From contig NC_045138.2 of the NCBI RefSeq assembly GCF_008831285.2, forward strand, positions 22,134,001-22,198,000: a stretch of DNA of 64,000 bases. Reading direction: 5' to 3'. Each line of letters starts with the position of its first letter. Position 1 is the first letter of the stretch. Position numbers and translations under genes: made by a program. The stretch is from Nymphaea colorata. Taxonomy: Eukaryota. The notes beneath the pieces were generated by a model. That model was not told the DNA's origin. It saw only the letters and a list, made by a program, of their open reading frames with translations, and ran no database searches. This document shows positions 14,945 through 28,680 of this stretch, piece after piece.

Positions 14945-17900
14945 GAAACCAGTGACCAAGATTCCTTCCCCACGCTCTCTCTCTCCCTCTCTCTCAAGCA
15001 ACTTTGCGTGCTCCCGTCTTGTGATGGATATGACTCCGGCGACGCCGAGCACTTTGGACCGAGAAACAATAATATCTGTGCAATTTCAATGGAAACTAAT
15101 TAACAGAAAACTTCCCAACTTTACAAATATTTAATGAACCCACTTAATCATTTATATATTTTGGGGAGCAGGTTATTTGTTAACGTTAACAAATAACAAC
15201 AGGACAGGTTAAATATTATGGTCTCTGACAAAACAAAAGACTATGTCTAATGATCTAAAAGTAATCAAAATCTTGTTACTGGTTAAATGGAAGACCCTCC
15301 CTCCTATCAGGGCAAAAGTAATACCAAAAATTTTTCCATAAAACTTTTTTAACATGGGAACATATCTTCTCATATTAGCAAGCATCATTTCATCGTAAAA
15401 AAATGTCATGGTACGGCTAACTACAAAGCCTTTCGAGTATGGTTTCCTAAATCAGGAAAACAAAACTTTAAAAGCTGTGATTAAAAGTGCTATGACAGTC
15501 AAATTAGCAGTTTGCTTTTGAATTTCAGAAGTTATGAACCTGGCTTTTGCAAAAAACCTGTAAAATGTAGTTGTTCAGATGGAAGGCACTCATTTGCTTG
15601 TGATAAAGGTATTCCTCTTCACTCCTCCCACAAACTTGGTCGCGTGGCACTTCCAATTTCCTAATTGCCCATGGATCACACGCAGCTTTTAAAGGGGCTA
15701 AATTGATTTTTATGTAGTGAGCTCAAGTATAAATTAAGATGTGACGCTCACACTTTAAACTCAATTTGAATACAACTTTATGAGATAGCGATTTTGTGCC
15801 ATGCCCTAAGTTATAGCTGCAGTGTGCAATTGCGCTTTACTTTATTTACATCTAGAAACATAATTGGTTTTTAGTTTTTTACATGTCAGTGTACCTTTAA
15901 GTTTGATATCTAAATTTGGAATGCTCCTCAACCAGAAATTTTTTACTCTGCCACTGTCCCTACAAAAAAAAAAAGAAAAAAAGAAAAAAAAAATGTATTC
16001 CCATGGTTTATATTAAAAGGGTATTTTAGTCATTTTATATTGGTAATTTTTATTTATATCAATTTTCCTATGTAGGGGAGCCTTCCATATAGTTAACAGG
16101 GGCATTTTGATTAATTTGAGTTCACAACAAATGGACCCTTAATATGAAACGTAATAAATAACATGCTGCGATCATAGGATTTGATATTCATATATAATTG
16201 GTTCCAGTTTTCATGGAACCTCAGCCAAACATAAAACTTAGATTGGTGTGGACACATGGTGGCTAGTGTGGGCAGTTGTTCACACCAACCTCACAAAATT
16301 AGTTTAATATATATGTTAATCTGTTCGTATATTTGATTGTTATACGTATAAGCGTCTCAAAGAAATTCAAGGTATTAAATGAGTGACCCACCTAGAAAAA
16401 AATCTCTGACTCCGCTAGTGATTAAGACCCAGTTATCAAATTGTACACTGAACTTGTTAAGCAATTGAATATAAAATATTTCACTTTATATAGATTTGTA
16501 TTCAGTGGTAAGCAAATAGATGCATTTGACCCATTTACAGCATTGCTAATTTACTATACTTTACAGTGAAAACTGCACTGAGGCCTGCTTGTGGTTATGG
16601 TGGCATAAGATGATAAGATCAGTAGGTCATAGGCAAAAAGTAATGTATCAGTTTTTGAAGCCCAATAGTTTTGGCAACAGTCAAGGCCCTACCCACTATA
16701 CCAACCACATGAAGGATTCATAATTACAAACTTTATATTCTGAAAATCATAAAAATTAAAATTTATCGTATTTGAATTGTAGATCGTCATTGTATCTTTG
16801 AAATTGAAGGTATCGCTTGAAATAGTGTTTTGAAAGCAAAATCATTTTCTACTTCTAAAAATTGGTCGTAGGGTGTCTTCCAAAGCCCCCCTAAAATAAT
16901 TGTATTCTTTTATGAAAAATTTCGGGCATATCACTTGATTTTTATTTCCCCATAGATCAAGAGCTTTGTCGGCTAATTTGGAGAAGGATTATGCATAAGA
17001 CCTGCAGTTAATGTTTAATCATGTCGACATAACTGACTGGTGCTTGTGTGACTTGATAAATTATTGAAATAAGCAAGAAGTAGTGCTTTCCAGGGGCATA
17101 GATAGATGGGGGCTTCGTGGGGCATATGCTTCATGGAGCACATTCTATGAAAGCTTAAATTAGTGGTTGAATTGAATGGATATGCTTCTAATAGATCTGG
17201 GTCCAATTATATAGGACAACCATGTTACTATATACTTAGTGCTTCATGGAAAAAAAAAAATCTAGCTTGGCCCCTGGTGCTTTAGTTTTCTTTAAGTGGC
17301 ACACTCTCTCTCCCTCTCTCTCTCTCTCTCACACACATCTTATTAGTTGCTTAAGTTTTTCAAGGGATAGGCACATGAAGTGGGAGGAGCTGGCAACCTT
17401 GAAGCTTATTTTATCATTTTTATCATACTTTATATGGACATAAGTAAATTCTCATAAAAGCATTTATCAAGTCATGTTGCAAAAGAGGAGCCACTAATGC
17501 ACAAATTGAAGCACGATAGGACACGACATACACCAAAGAGACCTTGTATCATAGGAAATAAGGGGTTGAGTGGGGGTTTCGGTCTTCTTTGGGCAGTGGG
17601 TCAAAACCCCGCTCACCTAAAAAAATTGTTTGAGTCATGTCAGAAGTGAGTTTTGTGTTAATTTTCTGTTTTATTTATTATCTAGTGCTACTTGGATGTA
17701 TACTTATATTTAACGACATGTATCTTGCTATTTTCTGTCAGACCAGAAAACAAGGTTGTTAGTAATTTGGATTTGACAAGGCAAATGAACGAGCTTCAAA
17801 CTGGAATTTGAACTGTAGGAAGGTCCAAGTTTCATGACAATTAAATATCGTTTAATCAAATTTTAAAAACTGCTTTGCCCTCTAGTTTTCTAAAAATGAC

Positions 17901-19519
17901 ATAACCTGATTTTAACTGTTTTATAGCATCAAAATGGCCACAATCATACAAATATAATGAACTCTTTAGTTTTGCAAATTGGCTGTTTTCTTTGTCACAT
18001 TAGCATTCCAAGAATCTAATTTTACAAAGTTTGGACACAATTTGCCCTTTGAGAGAAACGAATTACAATAAACTATCCAGAAATGTTGACTTGCAATAAA
18101 GGGCACTTGGGTCTTTTTTATAGGCATCCATTTATTTCTGACATGTAGACCAAATCTCCAACCAAGGTACAGTTTGCCTAGATTTAAGAAGAATTAGTTG
18201 ATTTTTGTATTTTATGTTCTATTTTTTAGGATAATTAGTATATGTATTCATGTATTTTATTGTTTATTTGGGTAGGTGTGGCATGGTGAGCCATATAGTG
18301 CTTAGGTTTGCTTATTTAGCCATTTCAATATTTATTCATTTCGAATGTTTTACTAACTAATCACAAGTTTGGCACGATCAGAGAAGAAGCCAAATTTCCT
18401 TTTTTTGATAAGGCACTAAATATATAATTAACATAATTTCAATTGACCATGGAGCAGTGACTCAGATCTCACGGGGCTACCTCATATAAATAAACTTAAT
18501 TCACTCAAGTTTCAATACTAATTTAACCTTTCAAAGAATGCTTCCACGGATTACACCTCATGGAGACCCCACCTGCCTCTGCCCTTGAGTACAGTCCTGA
18601 GCAATAGGTTTAAGAATTTTATCCATTGTAGTATACGTACGTTTATCTTTTGATTAATTGAATGCTCTTTATGTGACATTTCGTGTATCTTTCTATGAGC
18701 ATTTGTTCAGTCGATTAATAAAATTGAGTTCTTAGTAGGAAACTAAATCCTTAAACCCCGTTGCATAGTGGATCGACCCTTACTCGCTGCTATTGTTGAG
18801 TTCAGTGAATTTATTGTGTTAAAAAAAACTTAAAAAACAACAAAATTTCAGTGTATAAAAGGGGCTTCAATACAAAAAATGCGTCAAATCACAAGCGATA
18901 CACTGGCCTAGATCCCATCGAAACAAAAAAAATTTATCGGTCACAATTGTGTTTGATGAAGCCGTCTTCCTGTTTCTCCTGGCATGAATTTCTTCTACAA
19001 TTGGCATTGTTGTGCTCATAAGTATGTGCAGGTAAGCGCTAAACTCTCATTTGGTTTGTAGACTCAACCAATTACAGACTACCAATAGATTAATATTCAT
19101 GGCCATTGCATAAACTGCAGTCGTAACTTCGCAGGGCAACACAACGCCAAGAAAATTGAATGCTCGATATTAAGGTGATAGCCGCCCTTCGCATACAAGT
19201 CCTAGTTGCAGCAAGTATTACGTTTTCTCAAGCATGTTAGGTACATCTGGTTCTACCAAACTTTCGTTGCTTCCCAGATCCCATTAGCCCAGGTAATTAT
19301 TCCAATCGGCAGGCCGGTCGCCGGACAAGTAGTGAATCAGGCGGTATGTACGAAGTTTCCGCGCCGGAAATCTTTCGGGCAGTCTGTGCCCTCGGTTTTT
19401 GCCGGAGGAGGTGGTAGAACCGGAGGAGGAGCAACGGCAGCGGCAGCGGCAGTGGCAGCAGGATAGCCGATCTTGTCCTTGCCTCCGCCCAGCCAGCTTA
19501 AGGAACACAAAGGAAAGGG

Positions 19520-22500
19520 ATGCCAGGAAGGACCACACTGGATTGGGCGGCGAAGCCCGACCATCTTGGCGGGATCCCGCGGAGGTTGATATTCGCAGCG
19601 GTGGGTGCGTTCTCCAAGGTTGTGGCAAGCTTCCTCAACTCGACGTCTGTGCACAACTCGGAGACCCTTCTCAATGTCGTCCGGCACAGGCCGGCCGGGA
19701 CGCCTCTGCTCACCGTCAGCAACCACATGTCCACGTAGGAACCACGGCTCCCCCTCTGCCTTTCTTCTTCTTCGTCTCCCTTTCTGTGTCCCTTAGAAGG
19801 ATCTTAAGTGGATGAAAACGCGTGTTTGGGTAGGTTGGACGATCCGCTTCTCTGGGGATTCAAGGGTTTCCCATCCACAGACTCGAACTTGGGACGTTGG
19901 TCGCTTGCAGCAGAGGACATTTGCTTCAAAAATTCCATATTGGCTTATTTCTTCCGGATCGGTAGCTTTCTCTTTCATCTCCTTTTCTTGCGTCTTTCTC
20001 TCCCTTTTTTAAAATTAAATTTCTGTCAACTGTATGTTTATTTTTGCCTTCTCTATTTGAACTGTTTGTTGTGCTTTATGAAAAGGTTAGTAAGATCTTG
20101 TTATCTATGGTCTGAAAGCATGAAACCGCACCAGAATAAGATAAGCATGGAGAATGCAACGAATGAGCACGTTTGCTAACTGATGCAACTGAACGAGTCA
20201 TGCCAAAAAAAAAAAAAAAAAAAAAAAACTCAGTTCATGGATGAGTATAACCCCGTCTTGCCAAATTCTTTAGTAGAAGATATGCGTGAAGTAACGAACA
20301 GTTGCTTAATCGTACACCGAGAAGTCGGTTCATAGCTCTGTCAGCTCGCATTTGGGTGGTGACTTGTGCTAAATGCATTCACCTGTGTATTTCTAAACTG
20401 TGACCACCTTTGTGCCTTCCCTCTCATCCTCCCCTGGCCCTGTTAATGAGGTGCTCGAGTGTTGCCTCAGTCAGAGTGTTGGTGTGTCCCATAAGGTAAT
20501 GAGCTTGGGTGAACGACATTTTTTATTCTTCCCAGGTTAAAAATTTTAGACTTTTGAGGAACTGACCAAATTTTGGGAAGAGGGATGTAAACAAGAGACA
20601 CTATTGCGGTGGTTGAGAGTCTTCAGACTGACCAAATTGTGGATAGCGATGAACTATACTTTTCAGTTTCCGTGTGGAAAGCATTTCATTAAATTGCAGG
20701 CAGTTTGCTAACTGACATGATGAAAAGTGAGAACGAAAAAAAATGATGCACTAGGGATGCTGGTGCTTGTTTTAAGTTGCTTAAACGACGATCAGGAAAG
20801 AGGACTCCATGAGTCGTGTTGGTAAAAGCCTGGGAAGATGCCAAGCTTTGTCTTGTTCAGCTCATTTGTTGGAGAGTTGTTGGACTTTTTTTATATAATG
20901 CAGAACCGTGGTTCTTTAACATACCTTCATATGGTGCAGAGTTGTATTATATGATTTACATCAAAACCATGGACGAGAATCAAACTTGTAACTCAAAGAG
21001 GTCCTTTGATTGCCTACTCTTTGCCGTTCCAGGAGCAGCTCTTCCTGGAGTACCTGGAATAGCTGTTCAAAGAATAAACTGTTCTTCAGTCTTTCGCTTG
21101 CTTTAATGGTCCAGAGAACAAGTTAACAATAGCTGTGCCTGTTTCTTCCCGTTGGATGCATTGTGAGATCTGATGGATGTGGAAGAGGCAAAATGCATTG
21201 CCCCTCCCATTCTACCATCTCATGTTTGCATCCCATACTGCACTCGACCACTTTGTGGAAATGCTTAGCATGCCCTGCAATCAAAGGTTTCTCTTTTTGT
21301 GAAATTTCTTTAGCAAATATAACCAATCTTACCATGCTGCATGTTATGAGCCACTCTCCAAATATGCCTCCTATGTGTGTCACCAATGTTTTGAGTTGTT
21401 TTTCATAAACTTAACTATTACATGAAAAAGTTACATCAATAAATAAATGAAAGCTAGTGGACAAATTAAGTTTGATGATGTAGTCTTTTTTGTCCCTTAG
21501 AGATCTGCAGTCCGTGTAACATGGATGCATGAGAAATGCTGAGCAGCCTTTAGACATGGGCATACCGGACCATTGGGCACTTTTGGATCAAGTTTCTGTC
21601 AGACAGTTCGATCCAAAATTTTAAGTGAAGATCTTTCACTTTATTTGCCACTTTTTTTTAACTTTAATTTAATGTGATTATAGGTATGAGTTGTTGAACT
21701 TACAGACTAAGTTGTTTGATGCATTATGCATGAACTTGTGAATTGTTTTGCTTCAGTTTTGTGGATCATGTTTATGCATACCCTACCACACCCTCATTCC
21801 CCACAGGTATCAAATTACCCTCTCCAAACTCATACCCCCTGTACCCACACCTGCACCCATGTGGCTTAGTCCCTAAGTGATATTAGACATTAATTAGGAC
21901 TTAGGTTGTCAACTATCCCTTTGGCCCCCATCTTAGGATTTGCTCTTTATACCCATATTATAAGTTCACATAGTTGTATTCTAGTACTCTTTAGTTAAAA
22001 TTTGAATTCTTTTGAATCTACTGTCCCTGAGGTACAAGTTTCTTTTGGGCTGGAAACATGTCTTGGAGCGTTCATCTTTTGACTTGTATTTGTTCTTCTC
22101 TTCCTCCTATCGTTATTTGCAGTATTCTACTGATGAGCAAACTTTTCTATCTGCGGTCATTTGCCTTCATTGAACTTGATGCTCTAGCAACGAGTGCCTT
22201 CTGTTACTAACTCCTCAGTTTGAAACTTATGCCATCTACTTCAAATTGATGGTGGTGTTTCTCATACTTAAAATTTTGAAACAAAAAGTTGGAAGATTCT
22301 AAATGCATCTTATTCAGTCTTTTTCTTTTCTTCCCGTTAAAGTTATCCTGCAAAATACTTTTAGTGGATCAAGTTGTCCTTGTCACATAAACTGGGAAAT
22401 TTTGTTGTAGGCTATGCTTCTGTTCATATTAGCTTTTGCATGTTTTTCTTTTTCATTCCTTACCAAGACTATGTCATAGTTGGGCTTCATTTATTTTTGA

Positions 22501-23542
22501 TGTTTTTGAAATTAGGGTTTGATTTCTAAGCAAGGAACTCCACAGGAAAATGCATTCCTGTAAATAGAGGGGCTGGAATATATCAAGAAAACATGAATGA
22601 AGCACTCGATCGATTAAGTGATGGAGAATGGGTAAAGAACATCTCAAGATTAAATTTGATTCTCCTGCAATAGTGCATAGAGTTTGCATGAATCAAGCAT
22701 AATGAGCTTCTTAGTTTATGTCAATGGCAGTTGCATACATTTCCGGAGGGAAAGGTGTACCAAGAGAATTGCCCAATAAGACGGCTAAAATGGGGAACCG
22801 CTAGTCTTATTGTTCGAGCGCCTGTAACACCAATAGTTCTGCCTATTGTACATTGTGGTTTTCAAGAGGTAACATACAGAGAAATGTTTTGTGGTTTGCT
22901 GAATTTTCTCTGTTCATGCTTTTATTTATCATTATTGTACCATGGATGCTTGTGGACTCTCCAGATACAAGGGTTAGGGAGGGTCTCCTTTCCTTGAAAA
23001 TCTATTACCTGTTGATTTGTGGAAGTTCAGCATGTTGTGTTTCAGACATGTTTGTTGATGAAACCTGAGAGAGAGAGAGAGAGAGAGAAACCCCTTTTTC
23101 CAAGTCCTGTTATCAAAGTCATCAGCATATTGAAGGAGAAAACGTTAAGAAATAATAGTAGGACAGTTGATTTAACATCTTTTGACGGGAAAGCTTCTGG
23201 AACTTGAAAAATTGGATCACTGGCAAAACTTAACTTTGACCACTATTGCAGGTGATGCCTGAGAAATCCTTTTTTGGGCGAAGGCCTCCTCTTCCGCTTT
23301 GCAGGAAGGAGATTGATGTAGTTGTTGGAGAGCCTATGGAATTTGATCTTGTTGAATTACGACAGGCAGCTAAATCCACACCCCAAGAATCATCTGACCG
23401 CTGCCATGGTTGGCCTACAACAAAACATGGACTGGATGAGGCGGCACAAAGATGGTTGTATATTAACATTTCTAATCAGATCCAAAGCGCCATGGAGTCT
23501 TTGCGGTGTTTTGCTGTTAGCCTTAGAAAATTGAAGGTGTGA
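19520..23542 (+). CDS. NAPES: Tafazzin-family phospholipid acyltransferase (N-acylphosphatidylethanolamine synthase-like / lysophospholipid acyltransferase), 285 aa
   Basis: Exons 19520-19734, 19834-19961, 22546-22631, 22731-22868, 23252-23542 (858 nt, in frame). Motifs WAAKPDHLGGIPR, TVSNHMSTLDDP (HxxxxD), LAAEDICF, GKCIPVNRGAGIYQENM, WLHTFPEGKV and RRLKWG. Closely resembles Arabidopsis At1g78690 from recall. Confidence 0.93.
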
Positions 23543-24498
23543 TGTTGAAGACCGTCAATCATGTCCTTCCCGATTCTTGTATCTTATCTGAGGAGTAATT
23601 TTTATCTATTGATTTTCTAATTTATAGCTGCAATTCCATTCGAGTAAAGAATAGCTAAATTTCTGAGACTTTGTTTAGTTGGAAAAGCAATACACACTTG
23701 CGCTCTGAGCACAGGTCTAGGTCATCACTGAGTAGCTTCGTGAACGCATGAGACATCAATCTTTTGTTGTGATGACTCCAGTTTGGTGATTGGAATGTTT
23801 CATATGTTACTGCACCTCTGGTGCTGCAGGATAGATTTTCTTGGTTCAGAAGGGTACCGTTTCAGATCACTCCCTCAGAGGAGTACTGTGGACGGGGCTA
23901 TAAATTGGTGAATGCAGTTGAAATAGTTGGTTCAGAAAGCATGATTCTAGTAAATAGTAATGCCAGTAAAAGAGCTTCGCATTTGAGGTGAGAAAAACTA
24001 GGTACAAGGTTTTTGAGGCAATTACAGCTTGCATGGATGTAATTTTTGTTGGTCTATCTTAATTACAGAAAAAATAGTAATGTTCATGGTGGCTCCCATA
24101 TGGTTCCTGCAAACAGACAAGGAGACGGGTGGAAAACAATGGGATGGAAGACGAGTGGAGAGCATATTATTATGCCTGCACATCCCTAGTGACTGAGAAG
24201 ACATGGTGAGTTCTTCCAGGTTCTTGGTGTAGGGCACTTGCGTTAATCTTACCTAGCATAATTTTCTAACTATAAAAAGCATTTTTTATTCATTAATAAG
24301 CTGAAAGCTTCCATGACCGTGTATCTAACTAGAAAAAGCATTTTTTTTTGTGAATCCGGGGGCGCGGAATTTGCCTTTTACTCCGTAACACGTTTATGTT
24401 GATTTTTCTGTTGTAAATCACGAGGTTTCACTTTTTATTCCAGCATTTAAACGCCTATCTCACAATTAAAGGAGAAAAATCTTCAACCAGGTTGGCAT

Positions 24499-24852
24499 AA
24501 GGGACGCCAAAAAATTGAATTGATGTGGGCATACTCTTAAAATGATTTTTTTAAAGTCAAATATAAACAAAGAAAATCCATATCGGAATCTGAATATAAA
24601 ATCTGATTTCACAATCTAAATATGATCTGAAACTGATTGGGAACCGAATTAAAAATATAAGAGCATTAGATAGAGTATATTTGTTTAAAAATAAATCTGA
24701 CCCATATCCCAATCAGATATTTATGTGTGAATCCCATCAAATGTTCATTTTTTAAATCTATCGGATTCGATTTCTTAATTGGATTTTTTTTTTTTTTGCA
24801 TATCTGATGGTTTTGAAAGGGTTTGATCAAATAAAATATATTGACATCCCTA
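24499..24852. mobile_element. hAT-like MITE remnant
   Basis: Right end TTGACATCCCTA, degenerate left end AAGGGACGCCAA, and internal AATCTG/ATCCG-type motifs. No TSD. Confidence 0.45.
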
Positions 24853-25118
24853 AACACGAGCTTAGTCAGTTGCCATTTCAAATTTCTAAAAAATCAACCT
24901 CATGTTTTCCAAAAAAAGAGATACAGATGTGCAATATCCAAGGCATCGAATGTAAGCTTCGTACCTTGGGAGATGGGGGGAGAAGAGTGGGGTTTTCTTC
25001 CTCTTATTGAACGGTAGGACTCTTTATGTTCATCCACTAATAACATAAAAACATAGTTTATTGAGATTTAATAAAATATAATTTTATCAAATGAAATTCA
25101 AGTAGAAGTTGACTTCCT

Positions 25119-25168
<50 letters not shown>

Positions 25169-25655
25169 TCCAATTGCCAACAAAGTTGTGTACTTTCTCA
25201 AGCCATGCCTGAGGTCTAAATTGATGACGGCAATCAAAAGTGGTGACCTGATCTCAGTTTTGCCTTTATCCTTGTTTTTAAATTTTTTTGCTTCGAGAAC
25301 AAGGTTGGTGGAGGTCTGTACGACCCGTCCCTACAACAAAGGCCACGGCCCACATGTTTCTGCGGCAAAATGGGGATATAACAAAAGAGAGCTTGTGGCC
25401 ATGGCGTCGCTGAGACATATTCTACGTGTGTCAGCGGTGACGCTATGTGTTGCTAGAATGTTTTCTTTCCAAGATGAAGATGCTGCTTATTGTCCAGTCA
25501 GAGTCTGGACTTGATGGGGATTTCAAGGAAGTAACGGGTGGCGCAATTTTTTATACTGTGGGCTTCCTTCTTTGAGTTGGCGATCGGATCCATCAGCTGT
25601 GGGTTCAGATAGAGATGTGAGAGCTTTGAATTTAGGGTTGGACATGGGTCCAAAT

Positions 25656-26192
25656 TAGGGGTGAACACTGGTCAGTCAGCTCGAGCTTGACTAAGGAAAC
25701 CTCGAGCTTGACTAAGGAAACCTCGAGCTTGACTCGGCTCAAGCTCGAGAATAGCTCGACGAAAGCACCGCGAGCTTGACTTGGCAGTTACGTGTTGAGC
25801 TCGAGCTCAACTCAATTAAGGCTCGACAAACTTGTTTAAATAGAATTGATATTTATTGTTACGTATTGAGTTCGAGCTCAACTTGATTAAGGCTCGACAA
25901 ACTCGTTTGGATAGAATTAATGTTTATCGTTGCGTGTTGAGCTCGAACTCGACTCGATTAAGGCTCGACAAACTCGTAAACTCGTTTGAATATATCGACT
26001 TGATTAAGGCTCGACAAACTCGATAAAGCTTGAGCTCGACTTAGCAGTTACGTGTTGAGATTGAACTCAACTCGATTGTTTAAACAAGTCGACTCATGTA
26101 CCTCTCTCTCCTACACGTTAAGCACATGACTCGGCTCGTACTCATTCACCAGCTGAGCTTTAACCAGTCGAGCTAGTCATTGTTCACCCCTA
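25656..26192. mobile_element. hAT-type MITE with GAGCTCGA/TCGAGC internal repeats
   Basis: Perfect 12-bp TIR TAGGGGTGAACA / TGTTCACCCCTA; 8-bp TSD GTCCAAAT / ATCCAAAT (7 of 8 match); internal tandem repeats such as CTCGAGCTTGACTAAGGAAAC and ATTAAGGCTCGACAAACT. Confidence 0.9.
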
Positions 26193-26659
26193 ATCCAAAT
26201 CAGTTTGTATAGGACTTTCTCGTTGAAGACAAATATCTAATTTTGTTGAAGACCCGTTTTCGATTATAAACGCAAAAAAAACAGATCAAATCCGTCTCTG
26301 TTCTCTGTATTTGTGGATTGGAACCTGAATTCTTAGACTCCAAAACGAAATAAAAAAATGTCCAGTCGGTCAGATCTCTTTTTACAAATTTTAAACATGC
26401 ATACGTATTTGAATATGGGACAATAATCATACACTTATATATTCAATGTGCAATATCAGTTTAAAACAGGTTTATCAGTGGAGGAATTACATGTGAGCTG
26501 ATACATGCAGTTGCCCACACCAACCCTATAAAGTTTTATTATTTTTTCACAAGTGTCTAAACTCAAAATTTATGGATTTACCATTGCATATAGGAATAGC
26601 GGCATCAAACTTTCTCTCATCGCCTAGCTGTCACTTTTGGCTGTATCATATCCTATCCA

Positions 26660-26723
26660 AATCCGACTTAATTTCAAGGTATTTAGGTGATCCATATCCG
26701 ACCTACTGGCAAAGAAGGTTAAG

Positions 26724-26772
<49 letters not shown>

Positions 26773-27961
26773 ATGAGTATGACAGCAGCTCGGAGTCATA
26801 ATTCTCTCTTTCTTTGGAGGCCAAGTTGATCGATTCTTATCCTCCTCTTCCTTCTCTCTTACTATCTCTCTCCTTCTTACTACCTGATCAGAGACAAATT
26901 AAGGGCCTGCCTTCAATTTTTCTTTGGGAGAAAAATTATTGAACAAAAGTTTTTATTATATTGTTTATTGTCCCTTCTTAAGTATATATTAAAAAAGGTG
27001 AAGGGCCGTTGCATCAGTTTTCTATTTCTGCCAATGAAATATATTTTTTAGTATAGTTTTAGTGGTGGTAGATGATCAAACATCTTTTGTTTTTTTCAGT
27101 CAGTGTGAGTGGTTTTGCTGAAGGATTGGTTTCCTGATCAATATGAGGAAAAGACCGGTCCAACGAAGAAAACTGAACCCCCAATTTGTCATCTTCTGTT
27201 TCGGGAGTGAATATTTTATAAGCAAGTGAATTTCTGGGAAACCCTTGTATATGGACTATTTATGAGAATGCATTGACATTTTCCAAAATCCCTGAAATAA
27301 TCGTTATGATAATAATGCATTTGCATTTTCAAAAGTCCCTGAAATAATCGCTACATGAAATCACTCACACGCCGCATATGTTCTTTCTCATTCCTCCACA
27401 CACTTCATTTGTATCTCTGAAATAATCGGTGCTTGAAGTTCCTCTACGAGTTGTTTAGGCTTCAGGAAACTTTTGTTCCACAAAAAGGTACGTGGAGCTA
27501 AAGGAACTGTAGATCTCAAATTCACGATGATCTGAAATCACTAGTAACTCATATCCGTAGATTTAAGGTTGGACATTTAATCCAACCTTCAATTCATAGT
27601 TTCTTGCAGGTAACTTGGATTTTAAGTTTTATGTTACTGAGATCTTCAGTTTCAACCACGACACACCAACAACAAATAAAAGATTTGATAAAATGTCCAA
27701 TCTTCAATATCTCTGTAATTAAAAAAACGTGAAATTAGAGGGATAATGTACAGAACTTAAAAATAAACAAATAAAAAGAACTCAGACTAGACTGTTTAGT
27801 GAGAGGAGCCATTGCTTTGCTCGACGACAGTAAGGCTGGGCACCCGGCCTGGCCACGGGTGGGGTTACCCAGTACCCAGCTCGACTCGAGTCTCAGCTCA
27901 GCTTGACTTAATTTTAGGGTATTTACGTGATTCATATTCCACCTACACTTACTCTCTCTCT

Positions 27962-28008
<47 letters not shown>

Positions 28009-28680
28009 AAGAGAGAGAGAGAGAAAAAAAAAAAAAAAAAAAAAAGAAAGAAAGAAAAAGAGGAATGACAGCGCCCGTCATGGCTGGGACTCGGGAGTCA
28101 TGCATTTCTCTTATTTTTGGAGGTCAAGTAGACCCGTCCTTTTCTCCTCATTTTCTATACTTCTCTTTCTCGTCTAGATTTTACTAGCTGCTCCCTCATC
28201 AGCATAGACAAATTAAATTAAGAGCTTGCAGAAAAAAGATTATTGTACAAGGGTTCTTATTATACTGTTTATTGCCGCCTCTTAAATATATATATTCGGA
28301 ATCAGTTTTCTATTTCTGCCGATGAAAGTGGTGACGACCGACGATTACGTAAGTGGGTGGCAGATGATCAAACACGAACATCTTTTGTCTTTTCAGACAG
28401 TGTGGATGGTTTTGCTGAAGGATTAGTTTCCTAATTAATCTGAGGGGAGACCCGTCCCAGGAAGAAAACTAAACCCCACAAATTCGTCAGCTTCTGCCTC
28501 AAGAGGACGCAGGGATGGAATATTTTATAAGCGAGTGAATTTCTGAGAAGCCTCCCTACATGTGGATTATTTATGAGAATGCATTGACATTTTTTAGAAT
28601 CCCTGAAATAATCGCTTATAATAATGCATTGGCCTTTTCAAAAGTCCATAAATAATCGCTACCATGAAATCACTCATGCC
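26660..28680. repeat. Diverged non-coding direct duplication (~26660-27370 and ~27900-28680)
   Basis: Colinear shared blocks in both copies, e.g. TCAGTTTTCTATTTCTGCC, TGGTTTTGCTGAAGGATT, GAATATTTTATAAGC, TTATGAGAATGCATTGACATTTT and CCCTGAAATAATCG, each with an (AT)n tract at the same position. Confidence 0.85.

Noticed and set aside
14619..15134. 171-aa plus-strand ORF
   Set aside because: Antisense shadow of GC-rich SPP exon 1 with no recognisable domain.
17736..18842. Solo Gypsy LTR between SPP and the acyltransferase (TGTCAGACC...GGATCGACCCTTACTC...AACA)
   Set aside because: The motifs are suggestive, but there is no TSD or second copy to fix the boundaries.
19206..19815. Multiple overlapping ORFs on both strands around the acyltransferase 5' end
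   Set aside because: Expected in GC-rich first-exon DNA. Only the 19520 frame has family motifs.
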